From NCBI GenBank assembly GCA_030667965.1, contig DAOUUW010000002.1, forward strand, positions 1-63,334: 63,334 bases of DNA, written 5' to 3'. The position numbers and the translations under genes are program-made. The stretch is from Deltaproteobacteria bacterium. Its GTDB lineage: Bacteria > Desulfobacterota > Desulfobulbia > Desulfobulbales > SURF-16. How positions within the stretch are numbered: position 1 is the stretch's first letter; each line of letters opens with the position of its first letter. Positions 56,700-63,334 of the stretch are shown in pieces. Under the pieces are notes generated by a model. The model was not told the origin of the DNA. It worked only from the letters and a program-made list of their open reading frames with translations, and made no database searches.

Positions 56700-56710
56700 A
56701 GGTTGAACAC
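56670..56710. repeat. GGTTGAA heptamer tandem array, locus 2
   Basis: CAGGTAGATAGGTTGAAGGCTGAAGGTTGAAGGTTGAACAC, related to 23607-23646. Confidence 0.7.
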
Positions 56711-56718
56711 TTTCCTGC

Positions 56719-57129
56719 TTAATACGAGAGAGAAACGACAAGGCCAAGTTTTTTAATCTGATCAAGCAACTGATCCATCTTGATCGGTTTGGTCAGATAT
56801 GCCTCACAGCGCCCGTCAACTTTGGCTTTTTTGATATTTTCAGGGTCACTTAAGGCCGTTATCATAATCACCTTGACCTGCAGGCCGTCAACAACTCCCA
56901 GATCATCTTCAACCTTCCGTATCCTCAACAACGTCTCCTGACCGTCCATCTCAGGCATCATGATGTCCAGGCAGACAAGATCAAAAGGATCTCTTTCCTT
57001 TAAGGCTTGAGTGAAAAGATCGATTGCCTGCCGGCCATTTTCCACCGCATGGGTTGTACCAACTTCGGTGAGCATTTCCTGCAAAACAGCCCTGGTCATT
57101 ACATCATCTTCAGCTATGAGAATCTTCAT
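56719..57129 (-). CDS. single-domain CheY-like response regulator
   Basis: MKILIAEDD...LVCLDIMMPEMDG...MITAL...KP. Confidence 0.85.
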   Translation of the reverse strand: MKILIAEDDVMTRAVLQEMLTEVGTTHAVENGRQAIDLFTQALKERDPFDLVCLDIMMPEMDGQETLLRIRKVEDDLGVVDGLQVKVIMITALSDPENIKKAKVDGRCEAYLTKPIKMDQLLDQIKKLGLVVSLSY

Positions 57130-57166
57130 GGAGCAGACTGTACCTTATTGCTATACATAAAAAATT

Positions 57167-57352
57167 GTGATTACCACTAATTTTCAGCCTCCTGCGTAAA
57201 TAACTGGCGAAAAATGAGGGTGGGAGCGGATTTATCCGCGAATTTTCTGGGTTGGCAAGCAAGCAGTTCCATCTCCTTGCCGGCCCTTTTCGCGGCTAAA
57301 GCCACTCCTACAGCACTGCACTGATGAATGGCTGAATTTCGATGGTAATCAC
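57167..57352. mobile_element. MITE family 1, full-length copy B with 10-bp target-site duplication (9/10)
   Basis: GTGATTACCACTAATTTTCAGCC ... GGCTGAATTTCGATGGTAATCAC. Flanks are ATAAAAAATT (57157-57166) and ATAGAAAATT (57353-57362). It is near-identical to 3401-3586. Confidence 0.85.
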
Positions 57353-57363
57353 ATAGAAAATTA

Positions 57364-57427
57364 TCTCACAGAGGCACTGATCACAGAGTTTTTTTTATTT
57401 CTCTGTGTCTCTGCGCGCTCTGTGAGA
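57364..57427. terminator. bipartite hairpin downstream of lpxB (possible terminator or REP)
   Basis: The outer stem is TCTCACAGAG / CTCTGTGAGA. The inner stem is CACAGAG / CTCTGTG around a T/A-rich loop. Confidence 0.4.
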
Positions 57428-57475
57428 GATTTCACCGAAAAACGTCAATTATAAATTCATACGGATAATAATTTT

Positions 57476-58633
57476 TTAATCTTTTTTTTGCCATAACTTT
57501 TTTCGGGCGGTAATCAGGGCAATCTTTGCCGCCCTTTCTGAAGCCCCTTTTTCGCCAAGCAATGTACGCACCTCAGCTAATCCCTCCAGCATTGCCTTCC
57601 TCTCCGGCTTGCCGGGCCAAATATCATCAATAGCCGCTTTAATCTTTTCCGGTGTGGAGTCATGCTGCATAAGCTCAGGGACTATTTCTCCGCCGGCAAC
57701 AAGATTTACCAACGACCCATAGTCAACATCAACAAGAAGATTGCCGACAAACCAGGTCAAAGGCGACATTTTATACGAAACCACCATGGGAACATCAAGA
57801 ATGGCAAGTTCAAGTGTAACGGTCCCCGAGGCTGCCATGACACAATCGCATGAGGCCATGAGATCGTAACGGTTCTCGCTGATAACCCGCACATCCTCCG
57901 GGAATGTATCAACACCGCAGTCACGCAGATCATCAAGGGAAAGGGTGGGCGCCAGGGGCAGGAGGAAGGTTATATCCGGATGTGTTTGGCGAAGCTTATC
58001 AGCCGCATCCAGAAAAACAGGCAACATGGCACGCAATTCCTTTTTTCGGCTACCCGGCAAAAGTCCGACAATTACCCTGTCCGAATCAAGGCGGTGGATC
58101 CGGCAGAAATCCTGCCGGGTCATGGTTGTTTTCACCGAATCCATAAGGGGGTGCCCGGCATAATCAACCTCAACGCCCTTTTTCCGGTAAAATTCTTTTT
58201 CAAAGGGCAGGATAACCGCCATACGATCTACCAGACGGCCTATCTTTTTTACCCGGCCGCTGCGCCAGGCCCACACCTGGGGGCTGATATAATAAAAAAT
58301 AGGCACACCCAGTTTTTTTGCTTTAGCGGCGAGAAGAAGATTGAAATCAGGATAATCAATAAGGATTAAAAGGTCCGGAGGATTATTGCGCAGCTCGTTA
58401 ACCAGGCTTTTCCAGGCTGCCCGAATGTCCATGAGATGGGTCAGCACTTCAACAAGACCGACAACCGCCATTTTGGCGGCATCAACCAGTATGTCAACAC
58501 CCTGCCGGAGCAGATACTTGCCGCCCATGCCGCAGAAGGAAATCTCGGGCTCGATCTCTTTCATGGCGGAGACTAGATGGGCCCCGTGCAGATCGCCGGA
58601 AGCCTCTCCGCTTACGATCATTACCCGCAGCAC
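57476..58633 (-). CDS. lpxB: lipid-A-disaccharide synthase
   Basis: IVSGEASGDLHGAHL, GMGG, DYPDFNL and GSR motifs, 385 aa. Confidence 0.92.
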   Translation of the reverse strand: MLRVMIVSGEASGDLHGAHLVSAMKEIEPEISFCGMGGKYLLRQGVDILVDAAKMAVVGLVEVLTHLMDIRAAWKSLVNELRNNPPDLLILIDYPDFNLLLAAKAKKLGVPIFYYISPQVWAWRSGRVKKIGRLVDRMAVILPFEKEFYRKKGVEVDYAGHPLMDSVKTTMTRQDFCRIHRLDSDRVIVGLLPGSRKKELRAMLPVFLDAADKLRQTHPDITFLLPLAPTLSLDDLRDCGVDTFPEDVRVISENRYDLMASCDCVMAASGTVTLELAILDVPMVVSYKMSPLTWFVGNLLVDVDYGSLVNLVAGGEIVPELMQHDSTPEKIKAAIDDIWPGKPERKAMLEGLAEVRTLLGEKGASERAAKIALITARKKLWQKKD

Positions 58634-59592
58634 AATGTGTCTTTATAACGATTCAAATGATTTTTTATCTGGTTAATGATCTGCAAGGCAACATCAAGTG
58701 CCTGCCGCCCTTCCCGGCCGGAAACCCGAGGCGTCTGCCGTGTTTGGACATTTCCGACAAAATCAGTCAATTCATCAGCCAGGGCATCTTTTTCGGTAAA
58801 ACAAAAATGAATTGTTTCCTCATTTGGATACCCATTGTCCTGCATGCCGTCGCGTCGCTCAATGACAGTGATCTCCTTGGTAGCATAATTCACCGTAATA
58901 GAGCCTCCCGGCTGATAAATCCGCAGACTGCGTACATTGTCATGGGCAACGCGGCTCACCGTTACATTTGCCGTACAGCCGTTTTCAAAGAAAAGTTGGG
59001 CAGTGGCCACATCGGTTTCCCTGGTCACCACCGGGGCGCCGATGGTTTTAATGGACTGCAGAGGTGAAGGAACAACATGCAAAATGATGTCAATGTCGTG
59101 AATCATCAGATCAAGCACTACATCCACGTCGGAGCCACGGGGATTAAATGAATGAACCCGCTGCGATTCAACAAAAAGCGGGCAGGTCAGATAATCCTCC
59201 ATGGCAACAATTGCCGGATTAAAACGTTCCAGATGACCAACCTGGAAAATACGCCCACCCTGATCGGCCCTGTCAATAAGTTCATCGGCCTGGGCCAGGG
59301 TTACAGTCATGGGTTTTTCAAGCATGACATCGACATTTTCGGCAAAGCAGGCCTTTGTCAACTCAAAATGCAGTGGAGTCGGCACCACGACACTGACAGC
59401 ATCAACCCGGCGCAGCAACTCTTTATAATCCACGAAGGCAATAGTTGCATTTTCAGCGGCCACCCGGCGGGCGGCTTCAGCCGAAACATCAGCAACGCCG
59501 ACCAGGTCAACATCCTCCATGGCAGCGTATTTCTGCGCGTGGAATTTCCCGAGATACCCCACTCCGATGACACCGATTTTTATTTTCTGCAT
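58621..59592 (-). CDS. Gfo/Idh/MocA-family NAD(P)-dependent oxidoreductase
   Basis: The Rossmann start is KIGVIGVGYLGKFHA, with an EKP motif (MLEKPM). It overlaps the lpxB start by 13 nt. Confidence 0.85.
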   Translation of the reverse strand: MQKIKIGVIGVGYLGKFHAQKYAAMEDVDLVGVADVSAEAARRVAAENATIAFVDYKELLRRVDAVSVVVPTPLHFELTKACFAENVDVMLEKPMTVTLAQADELIDRADQGGRIFQVGHLERFNPAIVAMEDYLTCPLFVESQRVHSFNPRGSDVDVVLDLMIHDIDIILHVVPSPLQSIKTIGAPVVTRETDVATAQLFFENGCTANVTVSRVAHDNVRSLRIYQPGGSITVNYATKEITVIERRDGMQDNGYPNEETIHFCFTEKDALADELTDFVGNVQTRQTPRVSGREGRQALDVALQIINQIKNHLNRYKDTLCCG

Positions 59593-59779
59593 TGATTTTT
59601 AACAGAGTAATGATTTTAAGCTGGATGATTTCTTTCAGAGATATAAAGATAACAGATTTGCCCTGTCCTGACACTGAATTGTTCAAAACAAATCGTCAGG
59701 TCAGTATAAAAAAAAGGGGGGGGAAAGGAAGGATTGCTATAGATTGACGGCAATTCCTGCAGCAGATTTTTTTTCAGCA

Positions 59780-61513
59780 TTATCCATGGAAACTTCCCTC
59801 TCTCTTTTCGGGACTTTTCGGCAAGATCACGGTAAACAATGTTCCCTTGCCCTCTTCCGATTCAACGGTAATATTACCGCCAAGTTTTTTTACCAGGCCA
59901 TAGGTAATTGAAAGTCCCAGGCCGGTGCCTTTGCCCTCCTTTTTCGTTGAAAAAAAAGGATCAAAAATACGATTTATCACTTTGGCAGGCATTCCCTTGC
60001 CGGTGTCTTCGATAAGCACATGAATGTTATTTTCATCCCAACAAGTGCTCGTTATACGCATAGTGCCGTCTTTACCAATGGCATCAATGCCGTTGTTTAT
60101 TATATTAAGAAAAATCTGCTGGAGTTGCCCCCGGTCGCTGTAAACTGTGGGCAGATTATCGTCAAAGCTAAGTTCAAATACTATATGGTTATACAGGGCC
60201 TCCCTTTCAAGAAAACCGAGCACCTCCCTGAGAAGAGCATTTATATCAATATGTTCCAGGGCGGCATCCATCCTGCGGGCAAATCCCAGAAGCCGGTGTG
60301 TTATAACCTTGCAGCGCTCAACCGCGTTCTGAATTCCCTCAATAGATTTGCCGAACTTGTCCTTGTATTGAAATTCATCCGACATCTCCAACAGATCCGT
60401 CATCAATCCGGCCTTCTGGTCGATGATGGCCAGCGGATTGTTTATCTCATGGGCAACGCCGGCTGCCAGACGTCCTATGGAGGCAAGTTTGTTCGTATGT
60501 TCACACTCGGACATGGCAGCATTACGTTTTTCATCGGCCGCCTGGAGGCGTTTCGTGATAATGCTGACCGTCTGGAGAATGACCATCAGGGCCACAACGG
60601 AGCAGCCGAAAAGAATCATACGCTGGTGATACCGGAAGGACTTCCACTTCTCACCGTGGATATAACTTTTTTTTATCAATCCGAGAATCCAGGGAGTATT
60701 TTCTATGTAAACACACGTTTCCAGAAACTTAACATATTCATAGCTTTGCTCCTTCATGCATATTTCGCCCGTTTTGGGGCGTGAAAACAGGGCAAACTCT
60801 TCAAGAACATCACCGAACATATGAGACTGAGTCTGCAGGATGCCCTTGTGGTTGAGCAGGAAAACATCATGGGACGCCTCGGTGCTGATAGTTGCAATAT
60901 ACTGCTGCAGGGTAGCGTAGTTGATGCTTAGTCTCAGAATCCAGGATTCCTCTCTGCCCGGCATTTTATTACTCACCGCAACAACGAAATGGGGTATTTT
61001 CCTGAACCCCATAAACACATCACTGATGTAAACCTGGTCGCCAAGCACCTTGTCGTACCAATCCTGATCACTGTAATCATAACCCTGCAAACGAAAAGGT
61101 CCGGCATAAACCCTCTGAATTCCGTCAGGATCTATAACTCCAAGATCAACAAATCCTTTGTAATGCTCTTTTAAATGGACAAAGAGCTTGCTTGCGGCTC
61201 CCTGGTCAAGAAGCTCATCATAGGTGTACACACTGGCAACAAAGGCAACAAGGGCGCGCAGCTCGTGGACAAAGGCCTCAATTGTTTTCTGGGATCCCGT
61301 GGCGTTCCAGCTCAGCTGCTCTCTTTCCTCCTGCACTAAAAGCTTGCTGTATTCCACGGTACTCAGACCTGTTGCAAAGACAAGAGGGGTGAGAAATATG
61401 ATAATCATCGACAGGTAGAGCATTATCCTCAGACGCTTGTAGCTCCTCTGATTTTCAGAACCGAAAAAAACTGAAGAAAAAAACTGAATCAGCTTCTCAT
61501 TAAATTTATTCAT
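59780..61513 (-). CDS. Cache-domain sensor histidine kinase, paralog HK4
   Basis: It has the same architecture as HK1-3. The H-box is GVAHEINNPL. HATPase motifs are NIINNGIDA, DTGKGM and GKGTGLGL. Confidence 0.9.
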   Translation of the reverse strand: MNKFNEKLIQFFSSVFFGSENQRSYKRLRIMLYLSMIIIFLTPLVFATGLSTVEYSKLLVQEEREQLSWNATGSQKTIEAFVHELRALVAFVASVYTYDELLDQGAASKLFVHLKEHYKGFVDLGVIDPDGIQRVYAGPFRLQGYDYSDQDWYDKVLGDQVYISDVFMGFRKIPHFVVAVSNKMPGREESWILRLSINYATLQQYIATISTEASHDVFLLNHKGILQTQSHMFGDVLEEFALFSRPKTGEICMKEQSYEYVKFLETCVYIENTPWILGLIKKSYIHGEKWKSFRYHQRMILFGCSVVALMVILQTVSIITKRLQAADEKRNAAMSECEHTNKLASIGRLAAGVAHEINNPLAIIDQKAGLMTDLLEMSDEFQYKDKFGKSIEGIQNAVERCKVITHRLLGFARRMDAALEHIDINALLREVLGFLEREALYNHIVFELSFDDNLPTVYSDRGQLQQIFLNIINNGIDAIGKDGTMRITSTCWDENNIHVLIEDTGKGMPAKVINRIFDPFFSTKKEGKGTGLGLSITYGLVKKLGGNITVESEEGKGTLFTVILPKSPEKREGSFHG

Positions 61514-61863
61514 TCGGTCGGCCTGATTTTTTTGGCGCCTGAAAGGATGGTTCCGGGCTTGAGCGTACCCTCTTTTACCATGTCAAGTGCTTCCCGGTAA
61601 GGACCTATGATAGAGTCAAGGACTTCAATTTTTTTCCATACAAGATATTGCAAATGGGTTTCTTCAATGCCGCCGCAGACAACTCTTGATATATCTTCTT
61701 TGATGATGAGTCCGCAGAGTTCTTCCGGGGAGGGGCGTGTCATCAGTATAATCCTTAGTTTGCCGATAATATGCCGGCCCCGGTAATCTGCAATAAGAAC
61801 TTCCGAGGTGAGATCAAACCTCGGCGCCACATTGTTTTCCTGTATGGTAATGAGAATTTTCAT
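61510..61863 (-). CDS. NifB/NifX-family (dinitrogenase FeMo-cofactor-binding domain-like) small protein
   Basis: MKILITIQENNVAPRFDLTSEVLIA...VVCGGIEE resembles the Nitro_FeMo-Co fold family. I prefer the internal ATG at 61863 to the track start at 61920, which would overlap the upstream EBP by 52 nt. The stop overlaps the HK4 start (ATGA). Confidence 0.65.
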   Translation of the reverse strand: MKILITIQENNVAPRFDLTSEVLIADYRGRHIIGKLRIILMTRPSPEELCGLIIKEDISRVVCGGIEETHLQYLVWKKIEVLDSIIGPYREALDMVKEGTLKPGTILSGAKKIRPTE

Positions 61864-61868
61864 GTTTT

Positions 61869-63284
61869 CTATGCCAGGCCGTGACGATTCAATTTGCGCC
61901 ACAGGGTTGTCCGGCCCCAACCAAGTATTTTGGCCGCTCTGGAACGATTGCCGCCTGTTTGTTTTAATGCCTCCACAATCATCTCTTTTTCTATCTCTTG
62001 CCAGCTTCCGCTTACAGTTTTTTCTCCGGTTTTGGCGAGAAGCTCCAAAGCCGGCATGGCTTTTTCGGAATGTTCATCTCTTCTTTCATAAGCTGAAATA
62101 TGCGGTTTTCCCTCAACAGGAATAAAGAGATACCTGGGCAGACCCTCCTTCTGTATTTTCTCTCCCTGGCATATATTGACTGCATATTCAACGATATTTC
62201 GCAATTCACGGACATTTCCAGGATAGGCATAGACTGTCAAGATATTAAGAGCCTTAGGGGTATAGCCTTTTATCGACTTGTGCAAACCTGCGCTAAACTC
62301 ACGTACAAAAAAATCCAACAGCAGGCGGATATCCCCTTCCCGTTCTCGCAAAGCCGGTACGTGCAGGCGCAGAACATTGAGACGATAAAAAAGGTCTTCC
62401 CTGAACTCTCCTTTCTTGACCAGTTCCCGCAAAGGCCGATGGGTGGCGGCAATGATACGCACGTTAACATGCACCTTTTTGACTCCCCCCACGGGGAAGA
62501 ATTCCATGTCATCAAGTACCGAGAGAAGTTTAACCTGCAGGGTCAGGGGCAGATCCCCTATCTCGGTGAGAAAAATTGTACCGTCCTGGGCTAGACGGAA
62601 AAGGCCGGGCCTGTCCTTGACCGCCCCGGTAAAAGCCCCCCGGACATGTCCGAACAGTTCCGATTCAAGCAGGGACTCAGGCAGGGCGCCGCAGTTGACC
62701 TTGATAAAGGGATATCGCGATCTTTTTGACGACTTGTGGATGGACTCGGCGATCAAATCTTTGCCCGTTCCCGTCTCTCCAGTGATGAGCACTGAAGCAT
62801 CGGTGTGGGCCAACACCGGCAGGAGTTCAAACATTTCCTGCATTTTAGGGCTATGGCCAAGGATTTCCTCAACGCCGCTCATGGTATGCCGTTTTTTGTC
62901 AAAGGACTGAAGGGACGAGATGTCCTCAAGGAAAACCAGCAACCCGGTCGAATCGCCGGATTCGTTCTTTAAAGACGAAACCGTAAAATGGACCGGTATT
63001 TTTTTGTGATGCCGACTGATAATGTCGCCGGAGATGGAAAGATACTCTTCTGTTTCAATTACATTACGGAACAACTTTCCGTTATTGCCTATATTACTGC
63101 GCAGGATGAAATCAGCATGCACCCCCCTGGCGTCGACATTGGCAAATCCGGTGAGGACTTCAAGGAAACGGTTCATTTCCATTATACAAAGGTCTCTGTC
63201 CAGAATGGCGACGCCATGGGGAACACCATTGAGTATCTCTGTAACGGGAATGTTGTCACAGTTTGCAAAAGATGCTGGTTCCAT
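61869..63284 (-). CDS. PAS-domain sigma54 enhancer-binding protein with canonical GAFTGA
   Basis: Walker A is LITGETGTGKD. ELFGHVRGAFTGA, FREDLFYRLNV and YPGNVRELRN are present. The HTH is AAKILGWGRTTLWRKL. Walker B reads IFLTEIG (Thr instead of Asp). Confidence 0.9.
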   Translation of the reverse strand: MEPASFANCDNIPVTEILNGVPHGVAILDRDLCIMEMNRFLEVLTGFANVDARGVHADFILRSNIGNNGKLFRNVIETEEYLSISGDIISRHHKKIPVHFTVSSLKNESGDSTGLLVFLEDISSLQSFDKKRHTMSGVEEILGHSPKMQEMFELLPVLAHTDASVLITGETGTGKDLIAESIHKSSKRSRYPFIKVNCGALPESLLESELFGHVRGAFTGAVKDRPGLFRLAQDGTIFLTEIGDLPLTLQVKLLSVLDDMEFFPVGGVKKVHVNVRIIAATHRPLRELVKKGEFREDLFYRLNVLRLHVPALREREGDIRLLLDFFVREFSAGLHKSIKGYTPKALNILTVYAYPGNVRELRNIVEYAVNICQGEKIQKEGLPRYLFIPVEGKPHISAYERRDEHSEKAMPALELLAKTGEKTVSGSWQEIEKEMIVEALKQTGGNRSRAAKILGWGRTTLWRKLNRHGLA

Positions 63285-63334
63285 AAACTATCTCACCTGA
63301 TGCATTTATAGGGCTGGATCAGTATTTCAGCAGG

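Noticed and set aside
61864-61920. The track start at 61920 for the NifX-like ORF.
   Set aside because: It would overlap the upstream EBP gene by 52 nt and add a non-conserved 19-aa leader. The internal ATG at 61863 gives MKILITIQ..., a typical family N-terminus, 5 nt after the EBP stop.

Overview
This 63.3-kb window looks like it comes from a strictly anaerobic, Desulfobacterales-type deltaproteobacterium; that is inferred from gene content only. I saw no rRNA, tRNA or CRISPR array.

(1) 1-3.6 kb is an AT-rich, decayed accessory patch. It holds a partial SAM methyltransferase and the vestigial 5' end of an IS200/RAYT-like transposase. It also holds a three-gene minus-strand block: NYN/LabA+OST-HTH, an unknown PD-(D/E)xK-like protein, and a 5'-truncated, frameshifted beta-CASP MBL gene. 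Two direct copies of a complex hairpin repeat bracket the block and cut into its outer genes.

(2) 3.7-25.5 kb is a minus-strand Wood-Ljungdahl / CODH-ACS super-cluster: fhs | pilB-like ATPase | folD-cooS-(metF::acsD fusion)-acsB-acsC-fdhA-hdrA-mvhD. The ORF track splits FdhA, HdrA and MvhD at in-frame TGA codons that sit exactly at the conserved Cys/Sec positions, so I call three adjacent selenoproteins. thyX, nifS-nifU and uvrC follow.

(3) 31-63 kb is rich in signalling genes.
- My best candidate for an undescribed system lies at 31.1-39.5 kb. It is a compact sigma54 regulon with five -24/-12 promoters. Each promoter is preceded, at conserved distances, by the same pair of TTGCA-N4-YGCAA palindromes.
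- These promoters drive two paralogous Cys-PAS enhancer-binding proteins with degenerate AAA+/GAFTGA motifs, two paralogous 4-TM proteins of unknown function, a 77-aa membrane protein, and a heptaheme cytochrome c (with an EF-hand loop) plus a dihaem cytochrome b.
- Downstream lie four paralogous Cache histidine kinases, single-domain receivers, an EBP gene truncated at an IS256 remnant, and a PEP-synthase/PPDK-like protein whose swivel-domain phospho-His position is Asp. An EBP-NifX-like-kinase operon is also present.
- Housekeeping genes in this part are leuB, trmJ-like, mutY and lpxB.

Several MITE/REP-like repeat families are present; one has clear 10-bp target-site duplications.

All functional calls rest on motif recognition by eye. 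No database search was run.
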